The translations under genes were made by a program, and so were the position numbers. From assembly GCA_050084985.1 (NCBI GenBank), contig JBITNC010000001.1, positions 191,766,001 to 191,830,000 on the forward strand: a stretch of DNA of 64,000 bases, written 5' to 3'. Source of the DNA: Nageia nagi (Eukaryota > Plantae > Pinophyta). Within the stretch, counting starts at the first letter, position 1; each line of letters opens with the position of its first letter. Of this stretch, positions 14,962 to 24,394 are shown one piece after another. Below the pieces are notes generated by a model. The model searched no databases and had not been told where the DNA came from. It saw only the letters and a program-made list of their open reading frames with translations.

Positions 14962-15738
14962 TGTAATGTCCCCTTTTATGGGATGTTCCCCTTTATGAGT
15001 GATTTTGTAATTAAGAGTGTTTATTTATTTATTACATATGTAATTATACATAATTGTAACTTAGGAAAGGAGAGTTATGGGTCCCATGGATCAATTATGA
15101 GCCCCTAGTGGGATGTCTCCCTCCTAAGAGTAGTTTAGGAGCATTTAAGTGTCCCATTGAGGATCCCAAGGCACAATGCATGATTATAGGCTAGGCACAT
15201 GGTTTGGTGTGATTTCAAGGCACTATCTGGACACCCAAGCATGATGTCACCTTGAGGGGTGTGTGAGCACCCAACCTTAGATGATTCCTACTTATATGGT
15301 TGGCACAACATTATGGAGGCATCATTGAGCTATTTTGACATCTTTTATCTTTGGATTGGAAACACTATCTCTTAGGCCTCTGGTTGGATGCAAACCTAGC
15401 TTGGAGAAGGAGCTAATGGGACATAGCCCTCACTAGGTTGTGGTTGAGGACGAAACCTCTAGGAGTTGAAGGCCCTAATAGTGAGATGTCAACTTCCAGT
15501 CAACATTTGAGGAGTATTTGCCCTAGATCTAGTCCCTTGAATCAGATGTTAGCCCTTTTGGGCCATTATGGTTGTATTTTGCTCATTTCATGCTTAATAT
15601 TGATATGTTGGCATTTCTCTTTCATTTTAGTTGTGCATTGGCATGTTGTTGTGGTGTGAATGCTAGATCTATTTCATTTCTTACTAATTTGCTAATTATT
15701 TAATAAATTTGGAACTAAGAATAGTTTATCATATTACA
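14962..15738 (+). repeat. 3' LTR (777 bp)
   Basis: Preceded by PPT GAGAGGGGAGGA (14949-14960); ~30-bp deletion relative to the 5' LTR. Confidence 0.93.
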
Positions 15739-16332
15739 AAGTGGAACTTGGGACCTTTTTATTATTTTAATCACAAATGGTACACTCATTATTATTAAAC
15801 ATAAGTTTATAGTTCTTTTCTACAAGTTGTCCAACACTCAACAAAATATTCTTCAAATTTGGAGCATAGTAGATATCATGAATTTTCATTGTACCCTTTT
15901 TAATGCCAACCTTTATGGTTTCTTTTATAATCACATCCAAAGCATTATGGTTCTCAAGAATGATCTTGATCTTAAAATTCTTATTCAAGTCAACAAATAA
16001 CTTTTTCTTTCCATTCGTTTGGTTAGAAAAACCAAAATCTAAATACTAAACTTCTTGACTAGTTTTTCAACCATGTGACTAGTCAAAAATAAATTAACTT
16101 GTGTAACTTCATCTTTAATTACATCGTGAACTCTTCTATCTCTATTTTGGTCTTCACTTAATAATCTTGTGCAATATGGCTTATTATATGATAATTATAG
16201 TATTCAAATTTTCTTTGATCAACCCTTCCACATCCTCTTCTAGCAGTAACATCTCCTCTTCCTCTTCCTCCTCTACCTATTGAAAAATTCCTTTTTTTCT
16301 GTCTCCCTCATGCTTGTTTACTTGTGCTTGAA

Positions 16333-17229
16333 TGTTTACAAATAAAAATTGAGCGTGTAAATAAATAAACAGAGAAATATCTACAAACTCAATATTATCT
16401 GTATACTAGCTACGGATAGCGATTTATTCTAGATATCAATAAACAACATAACCAATTCAGCAGTGTACTTGTACCAACCAAGACTGTGATTCGTGTACTT
16501 ACCTCACGGAATGTACCTGACAATGAAAGATGTAGATATTGGCGATGTAGTGATGATAAGCTACCTTTTCCACAACGTCGTGACCTGCAAGGATGCGAAA
16601 AGAGGATCGCAGGCGGTCTGTTTCAGTAGTATTAGAGCACCGGCGGTGTTCTTCCGTTCACAAAGGAGCATCGGTGGCCCTAGCTTGATAGTTTTGACCT
16701 CTCGATTAGGTCCAGATATTCAGTATAGATATCTCAGATTGCAGTGTAATATCAGAATTGATCGCATATGTCAGGAGAGCTCGCGTAAGGAAGCACACAA
16801 ACCACAGCCTTGTAGGCGGTACCAAGAGATACCTTAAGGGGTAGCCACTTACAAGACCATACGCGGGATCATGTGTATCCTTGTTGTTGTGGACTTACTA
16901 TTAGATCCCTTATTTATATAGATAATAGATAATACCGCCCATAGGTTGGCGTGCATCCACATAAATAAGGTTAATTCACAAGATTTAATATAAATACATC
17001 AATAAACAAGATAATTCATGCAATACTCAAGATAAACCATACAATATTCAAGATAACCCATGCAATATTCAAGATAAACCATGCAATATTCAAGGTAAAC
17101 CATACAATATTCATATTCAAGCCAAACATTGATATTATCACTTTAATCCATTCAAGACATATAGTTAGGCCAAGCATATTTCATTAATTTATTGATTTAA
17201 AAACATAAATTCATTTTTATGTGTTAACA
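16333..17229 (-). repeat. 3' LTR (897 bp), with internal ~21-bp tandem units (aagataaaccatgcaatattc)
   Basis: Near-identical to 22265-23161; abuts PPT-like CAAAGTGGGGCATC (minus, 17230-17243). Confidence 0.97.
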
Positions 17230-17709
17230 GATGCCCCACTTTGGATGTGAAATCGAAAGAATCATGAGGTGACTTGAGATTTTGCATTCAAAGTAAAACA
17301 CAATATCACAGCAAACAATTTTGATAAGCAATGATGAACACTAACCATTCCAAACTTAAACAACATCATGATAAAGCTTATAGGTTAAGAAAACTCCCTT
17401 TTGATATTTACCTTGGGCATGCTTGCCCCTTGCGTTTTGCTGTAGAAGGTGATAGCCTGATATGTCTGATAATCTGATAAGCTGATAATCTTGCCGTAAT
17501 GCTGATGACCCATGACGACAAACTTGACAACACACATGACAGTGACCGGACAAACGACTTGACCACACATGTCGACCGGATGACATCTTGACAAGACCAC
17601 ATCACAAGACAAAACATGACAACACACATGATAACACACATGACCAACTCACAAGACAAGACATGATAACACACATAACAACACATGATAACCATAACCA
17701 CACATAGGA

Positions 17710-17898
17710 GAGAGCTAAGTTCTACACAACTGAGCCTTCGCACCAAGAGGTGTACTCCAGTTGCATGAGAACCGAACTCCATAGAACAATGATAAGCTGA
17801 TGTATGAGAGCTAAGTTCCACACAACTGAGCCTTCGCACCAAGAGGTGTACTCCAGTTGCATGAGAATTGAACTCCGCAGAACAATGATAAACTGATG
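17710..17898. repeat. Two 96-bp tandem units, preceded by low-complexity acatgac/aacac repeats (~17505-17705)
   Basis: gagagctaagtt(c/t).acacaactgagccttcgcaccaagagg at 17710 and 17806. Confidence 0.9.
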
Positions 17899-17918
17899 AA
17901 GCTGATACTCCACCAAGA

Positions 17919-18493
17919 AGCATGATAAGCTGACTATGGGAGCTGGACTCCACTCACAAGCATATGATAAGCTGACTCATGGGAGCTGAACTCCACTCAT
18001 AAGCACATGATAAGCTGACTATGGGAGCTGGACTCCTCTCCCAAGCATGATAGTCTGATCACGGGAGCTGGACTCCACTCATAAGCACATGATAAGCACA
18101 TGATAGTCTAACCATGGGAGCTGGACTCCACTCATAAGCATATGATAATCTGATTATGGGAGCTGGAACTCCACTCATAGGCACATGATAAGCACATGAT
18201 AAGCTGACTATGGGAGCTGAACTCCACTCATAAGCATGATAGTCTGATCACGGGAGCTGGACTCCACTCACCAACATGATAGTCTGATCACAGGAGCTGG
18301 ACTCCACTCACAAGCATGATAATCTAACCACAGGAGCTGGAACTCCTCTCACAAGCATGATAATCTGATCATAGGAGCTAGACTCCACTCATAGGCACAT
18401 GATAAGCGGATTATAGGAGCTAAACTCCACTCACAAGCATAATATTCTGATCATGGGAGCTGGACTCCTCTCACAATCATGATAGTCTGATCA
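17919..18493. repeat. Tandem array of 13 units of 40-54 bp with core GGAGCTGGACTCCACTCA
   Basis: ggagct cores at ~17939, 17982, 18024, 18064, 18117, 18159, 18213, 18253, 18293, 18333, 18374, 18416, 18456. Confidence 0.95.
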
Positions 18494-18499
18494 CTCGGG

Positions 18500-18677
18500 T
18501 CTGCAAACATGAAAACTCAAAGCAATATTCTCCTGGATATATCATTCGTCAAACACCTATGATGCACACATGATACTTAGATAAGCTGATAATTCAGATC
18601 TGCAAACATGAAACTTCAAGGTAATATTCTCCTAGATATATCATTCGTCAAACATCTATGATGCACTCATGATACTC
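18500..18677. repeat. ~99-bp tandem duplication
   Basis: tctgcaaacatgaaa...atatcattcgtcaaaca...atgatact at ~18500 and ~18599. Confidence 0.85.
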
Positions 18678-18910
18678 AATAAACTGATTTTCTAGATAAA
18701 GGAATGCAGGCGGTCCTTTCCTACTGACTTAGAACACCGACGGTCTTCACTAAGGCCGCGGGTGGTCCTTTTCTTGAAGATTCATCAAAAACCATGAAAA
18801 TCACGTCCCTACGAATCACCTTTAGATTCCAAATTGATGCCTGATTGCTCGTCCATGCATGCCAAATGCTCAAATCAAAATTAGTCTTGAAGTGTGTGCC
18901 CTAACCTTTC

Positions 18911-18918
18911 TATAAAAG
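18911..18918 (+). promoter_or_regulatory. Putative TATA box of the antisense internal gene
   Basis: CTATAAAAGGGG ~150 nt upstream of ATG 19064. Confidence 0.55.
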
Positions 18919-19063
18919 GGGCCCCACCCTTCCTCATTTGATCACCTTATCATTTTCATAGCTGAGAGCATCCTAGAGCTCAAGAGACTGATTCAGAGAG
19001 GTTTAGCTGGTGCTTTTGTCACTATTGCTAAATAATTCTTCTTGTATTGCTGTGCTGCACACT

Positions 19064-19748
19064 ATGGCCCTACCGATCACATGCCAAGAGGGACACAGAG
19101 CTGCCTTGGTGGCTGATTCTCCTGCTGGTCATCAGGTACACTACCTCTTCTACCTTTTTCATGCTATGTTTTTGTTTCTCTTCAAGTTTTAGCTACCTGT
19201 ACACCAGCTTTTCTGAATTGCCCCTAGGGTTTTACTGTTGCATACCCTAGCTCTGCATTTTTTCTTTTTAGTCTGCTTTTCAAACTTCCAGTGCCATGGC
19301 TGCCTTATGCTCACCCGTACGAACCTGTACCCCGAATTTTATTACCCTTTTTCACGGAAATAGGACCGTTGGCGGCCCTTTCTGCCCTAGTTTGGACCGT
19401 GGGCGTCCTTCTCACCTGTAGTAGACCATGGGCGATCCTCATTTTCCTGTACTATTTTTTGCTATTTGCATTTCACATCTTGATACTGACTTGCCTTTCG
19501 TCCTTCTTTTCTTGCAGAGTCGTGCATACCTTATGCGTCCATCTGGTAAGAGTGCCTCCTTCACCATTGCCCAACAGTGGCCCCAAACTGACGCAGCCTG
19601 GAGTATTCTAGAGGACATTTCATTTAGCTACCTTGCATTTGCTGACTATGTGTTTCATGACCGCAACATGCTGATAGCTTTGATGGAGAGGTGGGATCCA
19701 AACTCCAACACCTTTCACCATCGAACCATAAAGAAGCCTGCAGAATGA
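19064..19748 (+). CDS. Spliced, C-terminally truncated plant mobile domain (PMD)-like ORF, antisense to the element; exons 19064-19135 and 19518-19748, 100 aa
   Basis: CAG|GTAC donor at 19136, CTGAC branch ~19486, pyrimidine tract plus TGCAG acceptor at 19517; phase-0 join is in frame; MLIALMERWDPNSNTFH matches the PMD motif (AL.ERW...T.TFH). Confidence 0.72.
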
Positions 19749-20008
19749 TTTAAGAACTAATATCTGCCCCCAGACATATGCAAAATAGTGACCCAGGAGC
19801 AGAACATCCATACCGAGGGGGATCTAATGACTTTCATTCCAACAAAAATAGATCACATAAGAGGACCGCAGGCGGTCTTCACTATAGATATGGAGCGCTG
19901 GCGCTCTTTTTCTTACATAAAAATGGATCCCCGTTTCCTCTACCATAATGTTGGTTAGCATGTCTACCCTAATGTTAGTTCTGTTAGTATTAGCATGATC
20001 ACGGGTGC

Positions 20009-21559
20009 TCACCAAATGATATTTCCGAAGGGCAACTCACCCCCGCTAGTGCTAGCTTCATGTTGATTCTTACACCATGGTGCCCCAGTGATAGTAGGGT
20101 TTTTTGTTTCATTTTCCTGTGCATACATTACTCCTGTGTTATGTTTGGGCATGGGGTTTTTGTAGATTCCCAAGTTTTCATTATCTGTATGCACAGGAGC
20201 TTTTCCTTTTATGTCAGGTTTTTCAAATGAGATTGCCTTTCTATCTACCAGATCTTGGATGATATCTCTAAGTTTTTTACACTCACATGTTTTATGACCA
20301 TGAACTCTATGGTATAGGCAAAATCCTCCTGTAGTTTTTGTGGCTTGTTGGTTTACAGGTGGCAATTGAATTAGACCCTTCTTCACCAATAATTGCAACA
20401 ACTCATTATGATCTTCTGTGATTTTGGTGTATACTCGGGGAGTCTGAGGTTTGATTGATTTTTGTTTATGTTTTTCTTGTGTGATTATGTTGATTGTTGA
20501 AGTTTCCCTTTCTTCTTTTCTAAGTTTCCACAAACCAATTTTCATCATGTGTTGCTCTTTTCGAATCATGGAATCAATCATTTCAGAGAGGGGTTGGTCT
20601 ATATAGTTAAGGAATTCAAGCATCATCTCATCTCTAATGGAGTTTATCAACATGTGTTTTAGTTCTTTCTCATTCAAGTTTATGAATTTTGCAATTTTCT
20701 TCCATTCGGCTACAAACTTGCTAAATGGTTGATTTTCTTTCTGTTTCATTTTGGCAAGATCTATAATGAGTGGTTTTTTCTTTATGTTATATTGATATTG
20801 ATCTATGAATTCACGTTTTAGTTGCTCATAACTCTTGATGCTTTGATTTTCAAGTCCATAGTACCAATTGGATGCTTCTTTCCCTAAGCTAAGTAAAAAA
20901 AGTCTAGCTAACATATCAGAATCATGTTGATGTCTATAAGCTGCTTCTTCAAAGATTGCAATATGCATTCTCGGATCACTCCTACCATTATATTTATCAA
21001 AATCTATGTCTTTCCCTTTCCAAATTTTACTCCTTATTCTTGAACAAAGAGGGTGACTTTCTTCTAGTTTTTCATTCTCCTTTGCTTCATTTAAATGTAT
21101 TAGCCTTTTCAATTGTTCAGCCATGTTTGCTAATTGTGCTCTCATTTTATCTGATTTTTCTTTTTCAATTTGTGAGTTTGGATTATCTTCAGGTTGCTTA
21201 TTTATGAAATCCACATTTTCAGGTTCTTCTTCACTTTCATAATCAAGTATTCCAGGAGTGAATCTCCCTATTTGTTCTCTCCATTCATGAATCAGTCGAT
21301 TTTCTAGTTCTCTCATGATGACCTGTCTTACACTTACTTGAGCTTTCCGGTAAGATTTTGTATTTATTATTTTCTTTACCTCTATCTCTTTGATTTTCTT
21401 TTCTTTATCTGACCAAAAAGGGTAAGCATTAAGAAGTTTTTGTGCAACAGGGTCTGTTTCAAGTTCTATTTCTGACTCACTATCAGACTCATCATCAAAC
21501 TCAATTATTTCATCATCTTCTTCTTCTAATGTTATTGGTTTACGATATGCGAATGCCAT
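20009..21559 (-). CDS. gag: Tat/Ogre-type Gag, 516 aa, uninterrupted
   Basis: FDKYNGRSDPRMHI, LFLLSLGKEASNWY, LKREFIDQY, MKQKENQPFSKFVAEW; C-X2-H-X4-H-X4-C knuckle FCLYHRVHGHKTCEC followed by IQDLV. Confidence 0.92.
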   Translation of the reverse strand: MAFAYRKPITLEEEDDEIIEFDDESDSESEIELETDPVAQKLLNAYPFWSDKEKKIKEIEVKKIINTKSYRKAQVSVRQVIMRELENRLIHEWREQIGRFTPGILDYESEEEPENVDFINKQPEDNPNSQIEKEKSDKMRAQLANMAEQLKRLIHLNEAKENEKLEESHPLCSRIRSKIWKGKDIDFDKYNGRSDPRMHIAIFEEAAYRHQHDSDMLARLFLLSLGKEASNWYYGLENQSIKSYEQLKREFIDQYQYNIKKKPLIIDLAKMKQKENQPFSKFVAEWKKIAKFINLNEKELKHMLINSIRDEMMLEFLNYIDQPLSEMIDSMIRKEQHMMKIGLWKLRKEERETSTINIITQEKHKQKSIKPQTPRVYTKITEDHNELLQLLVKKGLIQLPPVNQQATKTTGGFCLYHRVHGHKTCECKKLRDIIQDLVDRKAISFEKPDIKGKAPVHTDNENLGIYKNPMPKHNTGVMYAQENETKNPTITGAPWCKNQHEASTSGGELPFGNIIW

Positions 21560-22242
21560 GATGAAGAGGGTTCACAAACATTTCGTTTAACTATCTCGGG
21601 GGTAAAAGAGTTTTGATCATGATGGAGCATACAAAAATTGATATGACTTTCCATGGTATACACGGGCCGCGGGTGATCTATTTCCACAGGGTTTAGATCG
21701 CGAGCGGTCTTATTATGATTGATTATGATGCTTGAAACAAAGATTGGTTCACCAAGAAATGTTCTAAAGGGAAATCTGAGACCATTCACAGTTAAAAATT
21801 CATAGATTTTATGCAATGAATAAACTATGGTAGGATCTTCAGAGAACTTGTAGAATGCCCCAGAATGCTCTATGAATTTTTGTATCAATCTTAGTTTATT
21901 TTCAGTGAGGTTCATATCATTAGATTTTACCGAGCGATAAGGGACCAACTGTGATTTGTTTTCCAAAGATGGAACTATATTTTCTAAGATTCCTCCTCCA
22001 AAGGTTTCATTATCCAAGCTATCATTATCCTCGGAATCACCATGATAGGGTTCCTCATCTGGCAGTTTATCTTTGATAATCCTAGGAGCACTTTCTCTGT
22101 TTATTCTAGCACTTTTCCTAGTTGGCTCTATTCCTTTCCATGTTTTTCTTTTTCTTTTATTTTGTTCAGGCGATGATTGAACTAATGAAGGATAATCTGA
22201 CAATTCATTTATATCTCTACCCATTGTTGAATCAGAAAGCAT
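21532..22242 (-). CDS. Extra 5' ORF1 of unknown function, 236 aa, uninterrupted
   Basis: Open frame starts 2 nt after the PBS, basic KRKRK patch, overlaps the gag start by 28 nt in another frame; same position as Ogre-type ORF1. Confidence 0.7.
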   Translation of the reverse strand: MLSDSTMGRDINELSDYPSLVQSSPEQNKRKRKTWKGIEPTRKSARINRESAPRIIKDKLPDEEPYHGDSEDNDSLDNETFGGGILENIVPSLENKSQLVPYRSVKSNDMNLTENKLRLIQKFIEHSGAFYKFSEDPTIVYSLHKIYEFLTVNGLRFPFRTFLGEPIFVSSIIINHNKTARDLNPVEIDHPRPVYTMESHINFCMLHHDQNSFTPEIVKRNVCEPSSSWHSHIVNQ

Positions 22243-22244
22243 GT

Positions 22245-22262
22245 TTCACATCGGGTTCACCA
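22245..22262 (-). promoter_or_regulatory. Primer binding site complementary to plant tRNA-Trp(CCA)
   Basis: Plus strand TTCACATCGGGTTCACCA versus recalled tRNA-Trp 3' end TTCACGTCGGGTTCACCA (17/18), 2 nt from the LTR. Confidence 0.85.
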
Positions 22263-22264
22263 AA

Positions 22265-23161
22265 TGTTTACAAATAAAAATTGAGCGTGTAAATAAATAA
22301 ACAGAGAAATATCTACAAACTCAATATTATTTGTATACTAGCTACGGATAGCGATTTATTCTAGATATCAATAAACAACATAACCAATTCAGCAGTGTAC
22401 TTGTACCAACCAAGACTGTGATTCGTGTACTTACCTCACGGAACGTACCTAACAACGAAAGATGTAGATATTGGCGATGTAGTGATGATAAGCTGCCTTT
22501 TCCACAACGTCGTGACCTGCAAGGATGCGAAAAGAGGACCGCGGGCGGTCCGTTTCAGTAGTATTAGAGCACCGACAGTGTTCTTCCGTTCACAAAGGAG
22601 CGCTGGCGACCCTAGCTTGATAGTTTTGACCTCTCGATTAGGTCCAGATCTTCAGTATAGATATCTCAAATTGCAGTGTAATATCAGAATTGATCGCATA
22701 TGTCAGGAGAGCTCGCGTAAGGAAGCACACAAACCACAGCCTTGTAGGCGGTACCAAGAGATACCTTAAGGGGTAGCCACTTACAAGACCATACGCGGGA
22801 TCATGTGTATCCTTGTTGTTGTGGACTTACTATTAGATCCCTTATTTATATAGATAATAGATAATACCGCCCATAGGTCGGCGTGCATCCACATAAATAA
22901 GGTTAATTCACAAGATTTAATATAAACACATCAATAAACAAGATAATTCATGCAATACTCAAGATAAACCATACAATATTCAAGATAACCCATGCAATAT
23001 TCAAGATAAACCATGCAATATTCAAGGTAAACCATACAATATTCATATTCAAGCCAAACATTGATATTATCACTTTAATCCATTCAAGACATATAGTTAG
23101 GCCAAGCATATTTCATTAATTTATTGATTTAAAAACATAAATTCATTTTTATGTGTTAACA
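22265..23161 (-). repeat. 5' LTR (897 bp)
   Basis: Near-identical to 16333-17229. Confidence 0.97.
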
Positions 23162-23600
23162 TTGAACCATCTTCATCATTCTTAAAAAAATTGAACTTAG
23201 AAGTGAAAACATTTTCATCATTTTCTTTAATAATTTCTCTTAGTCTTCCCTCATTTGACATAAGAGAACCAACTGGATATTCAAAATCTATTATAGACAA
23301 TTTTTTATTCTCTTCAATAACTATCACAACATGATTCCATTTAAGGGTAAGAGATCTCAATATCTTTTTGACAACTACCTCTATTTTCAAGGTCTCTCCT
23401 AGGGTGGCCATCTTGTTTACCACATCCTTCACTCGAACATAGTAATAATCCACATTCTCATCTTCTTTCATCCATAAGTTCTCAAATTCTTTTTTGAATG
23501 TTTGCAACTTGACCATTTTCTCTTGGTCACTTCCTTGGTAAACCTTTTGAAGAGACTTCGAAGTCTCTTTGGCTAAGGTAACAACTACAATGCATGAAAA

Positions 23601-23799
23601 TAAACTCTTGTCAAAAGTAGACTAAATTTGGTAGAGAGATGATTAATTCATCTTCTTTGTTTCCTTTTTTGCAATCCTATAATTTCTTTGTAATGTGTTA
23701 TAAACTCTTCTCAAAAGTAGACTAAATTTGGTAGAGAGATAATTAATTCATCTTCTTTGTTTCCGTTTATGCAATCCTATAATTTCTTTGTAATGTGTT
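23601..23799. repeat. 100-bp tandem duplication inside copia gag
   Basis: taaactctt.tcaaaagtagactaaatttgg at 23601 and 23701. Confidence 0.9.
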
Positions 23800-23917
23800 C
23801 TAATTAAATAGTTCTTCATAACCACTCTCTACTCCTAAAAAATCTTAACTGATTAATAAAGTTCTCTCCTTTATACTCTAATAATCATAATTTTACTCAT
23901 TACAATCAAGAATAAAT

Positions 23918-24066
23918 TCATTGACCATGAATCTCAATTCAATCAAAACCCAAATAGAAAATGAACTCATTGACCCCGAATCTAAGTTCAATCAAAAACC
24001 CAAATACAAAATAGACTCATTGATCATGAATCTAAGTTCAGTCAAAACCCAAAAACCAAATGAACT
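23918..24066. repeat. ~50-bp tandem repeat x3 in the copia leader
   Basis: tcattgacc..gaatct.a.ttca.tcaaaacccaaa three times. Confidence 0.8.
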
Positions 24067-24075
24067 TTGATACCA
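24064..24075 (-). promoter_or_regulatory. Decayed tRNA-Met(i) PBS of the copia element
   Basis: Minus strand TGGTATCAAAGT (10/12), immediately upstream of the leader and gag. Confidence 0.75.
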
Positions 24076-24292
24076 AATGAATCTTATTACCTAAATAAGA
24101 AGCACCGAAATCAGCAGCTGGTGTGATAGAAGTCAAAGTTGGGAGAGTTGATAAAGCACCAAAGATCTTGATAAAGCACCAGAGATCTTGTAGAGCATTT
24201 TGGATAAAAGGAGGTCATTTTGATCTCCATGCTGGCATATCGGGTTGCTTTCGTAGCGCTTAAAATTTGATTTGTTGAGAGTAACATCCAAG

Positions 24293-24394
24293 ATGAAGAA
24301 AGTCATTCCGGTGGTGATATTGGGATGCGGAGGAGTTGGGCGGCAACTCATTCATCATATTATCAGTACCAGATCATTTCATGCACGCTCTCTG
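24293..24394 (+). CDS. Homoserine dehydrogenase-like protein (resembles Arabidopsis At5g21060 as recalled), exon 1
   Basis: MKKVIPVVILGCGGVGRQLIHHIISTRSFHARSL with Rossmann GxGxxG; donor CTG|GTAACA, phase 0. Confidence 0.92.

Larger units (their letters stand above)
10758..15738 (+). mobile_element. Non-autonomous Ty3/gypsy element (gag + protease remnants only), two LTRs
   Basis: LTRs TGTAAT...ATTACA at 10758-11558 and 14962-15738; TSD GAGTG/AAGTG (1 mismatch); PBS and PPT present; 3.4-kb interior without recognisable RT/RH/INT. Confidence 0.92.
16333..23161 (-). mobile_element. Young pol-less Tat/Ogre-like LTR retroelement (ORF1 + gag, antisense PMD fragment, tandem arrays)
   Basis: Two 897-bp LTRs (TGTT...AACA) differing at ~19 positions; perfect TSD TTGAA (16328-16332 / 23162-23166); PBS and PPT define minus orientation. 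Confidence 0.96.
7790..24075 (-). mobile_element. Old Ty1/copia element split by two nested LTR elements (fragments ~7790-10660 RH/RT/INT, 15744-16327 PR, 23167-24075 gag + PBS)
   Basis: Minus-strand motifs: YDNTSAI and FTKG (RH), YGLKQA (RT), FINDFSRKCLVYFLK..DHGGEF (INT), LWHLKFGHLNF, YYAPNLKNILLSVGQL, UBN2-type gag KLQTFKKEFENLWMKE..VKKILRSL; fragments collinear across the insertions. Confidence 0.9.

Noticed and set aside
16493-16837. 114-aa ORF duplicated at 22425-22769
   Set aside because: Lies in the LTR, has a GTG start and no motif; the duplication just reflects LTR identity
17890-17930. CTGATGA as a hammerhead ribozyme (retrozyme) core
   Set aside because: No following stem II plus GAAA could be built
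17408-17953. 181-aa Cys/Val-rich ORF
   Set aside because: Product of low-complexity and tandem repeats
17919-18493. CRISPR-like repeat/spacer appearance
   Set aside because: Linkers are homologous to each other rather than unique spacers, there are no cas genes, and the context is a eukaryotic retroelement
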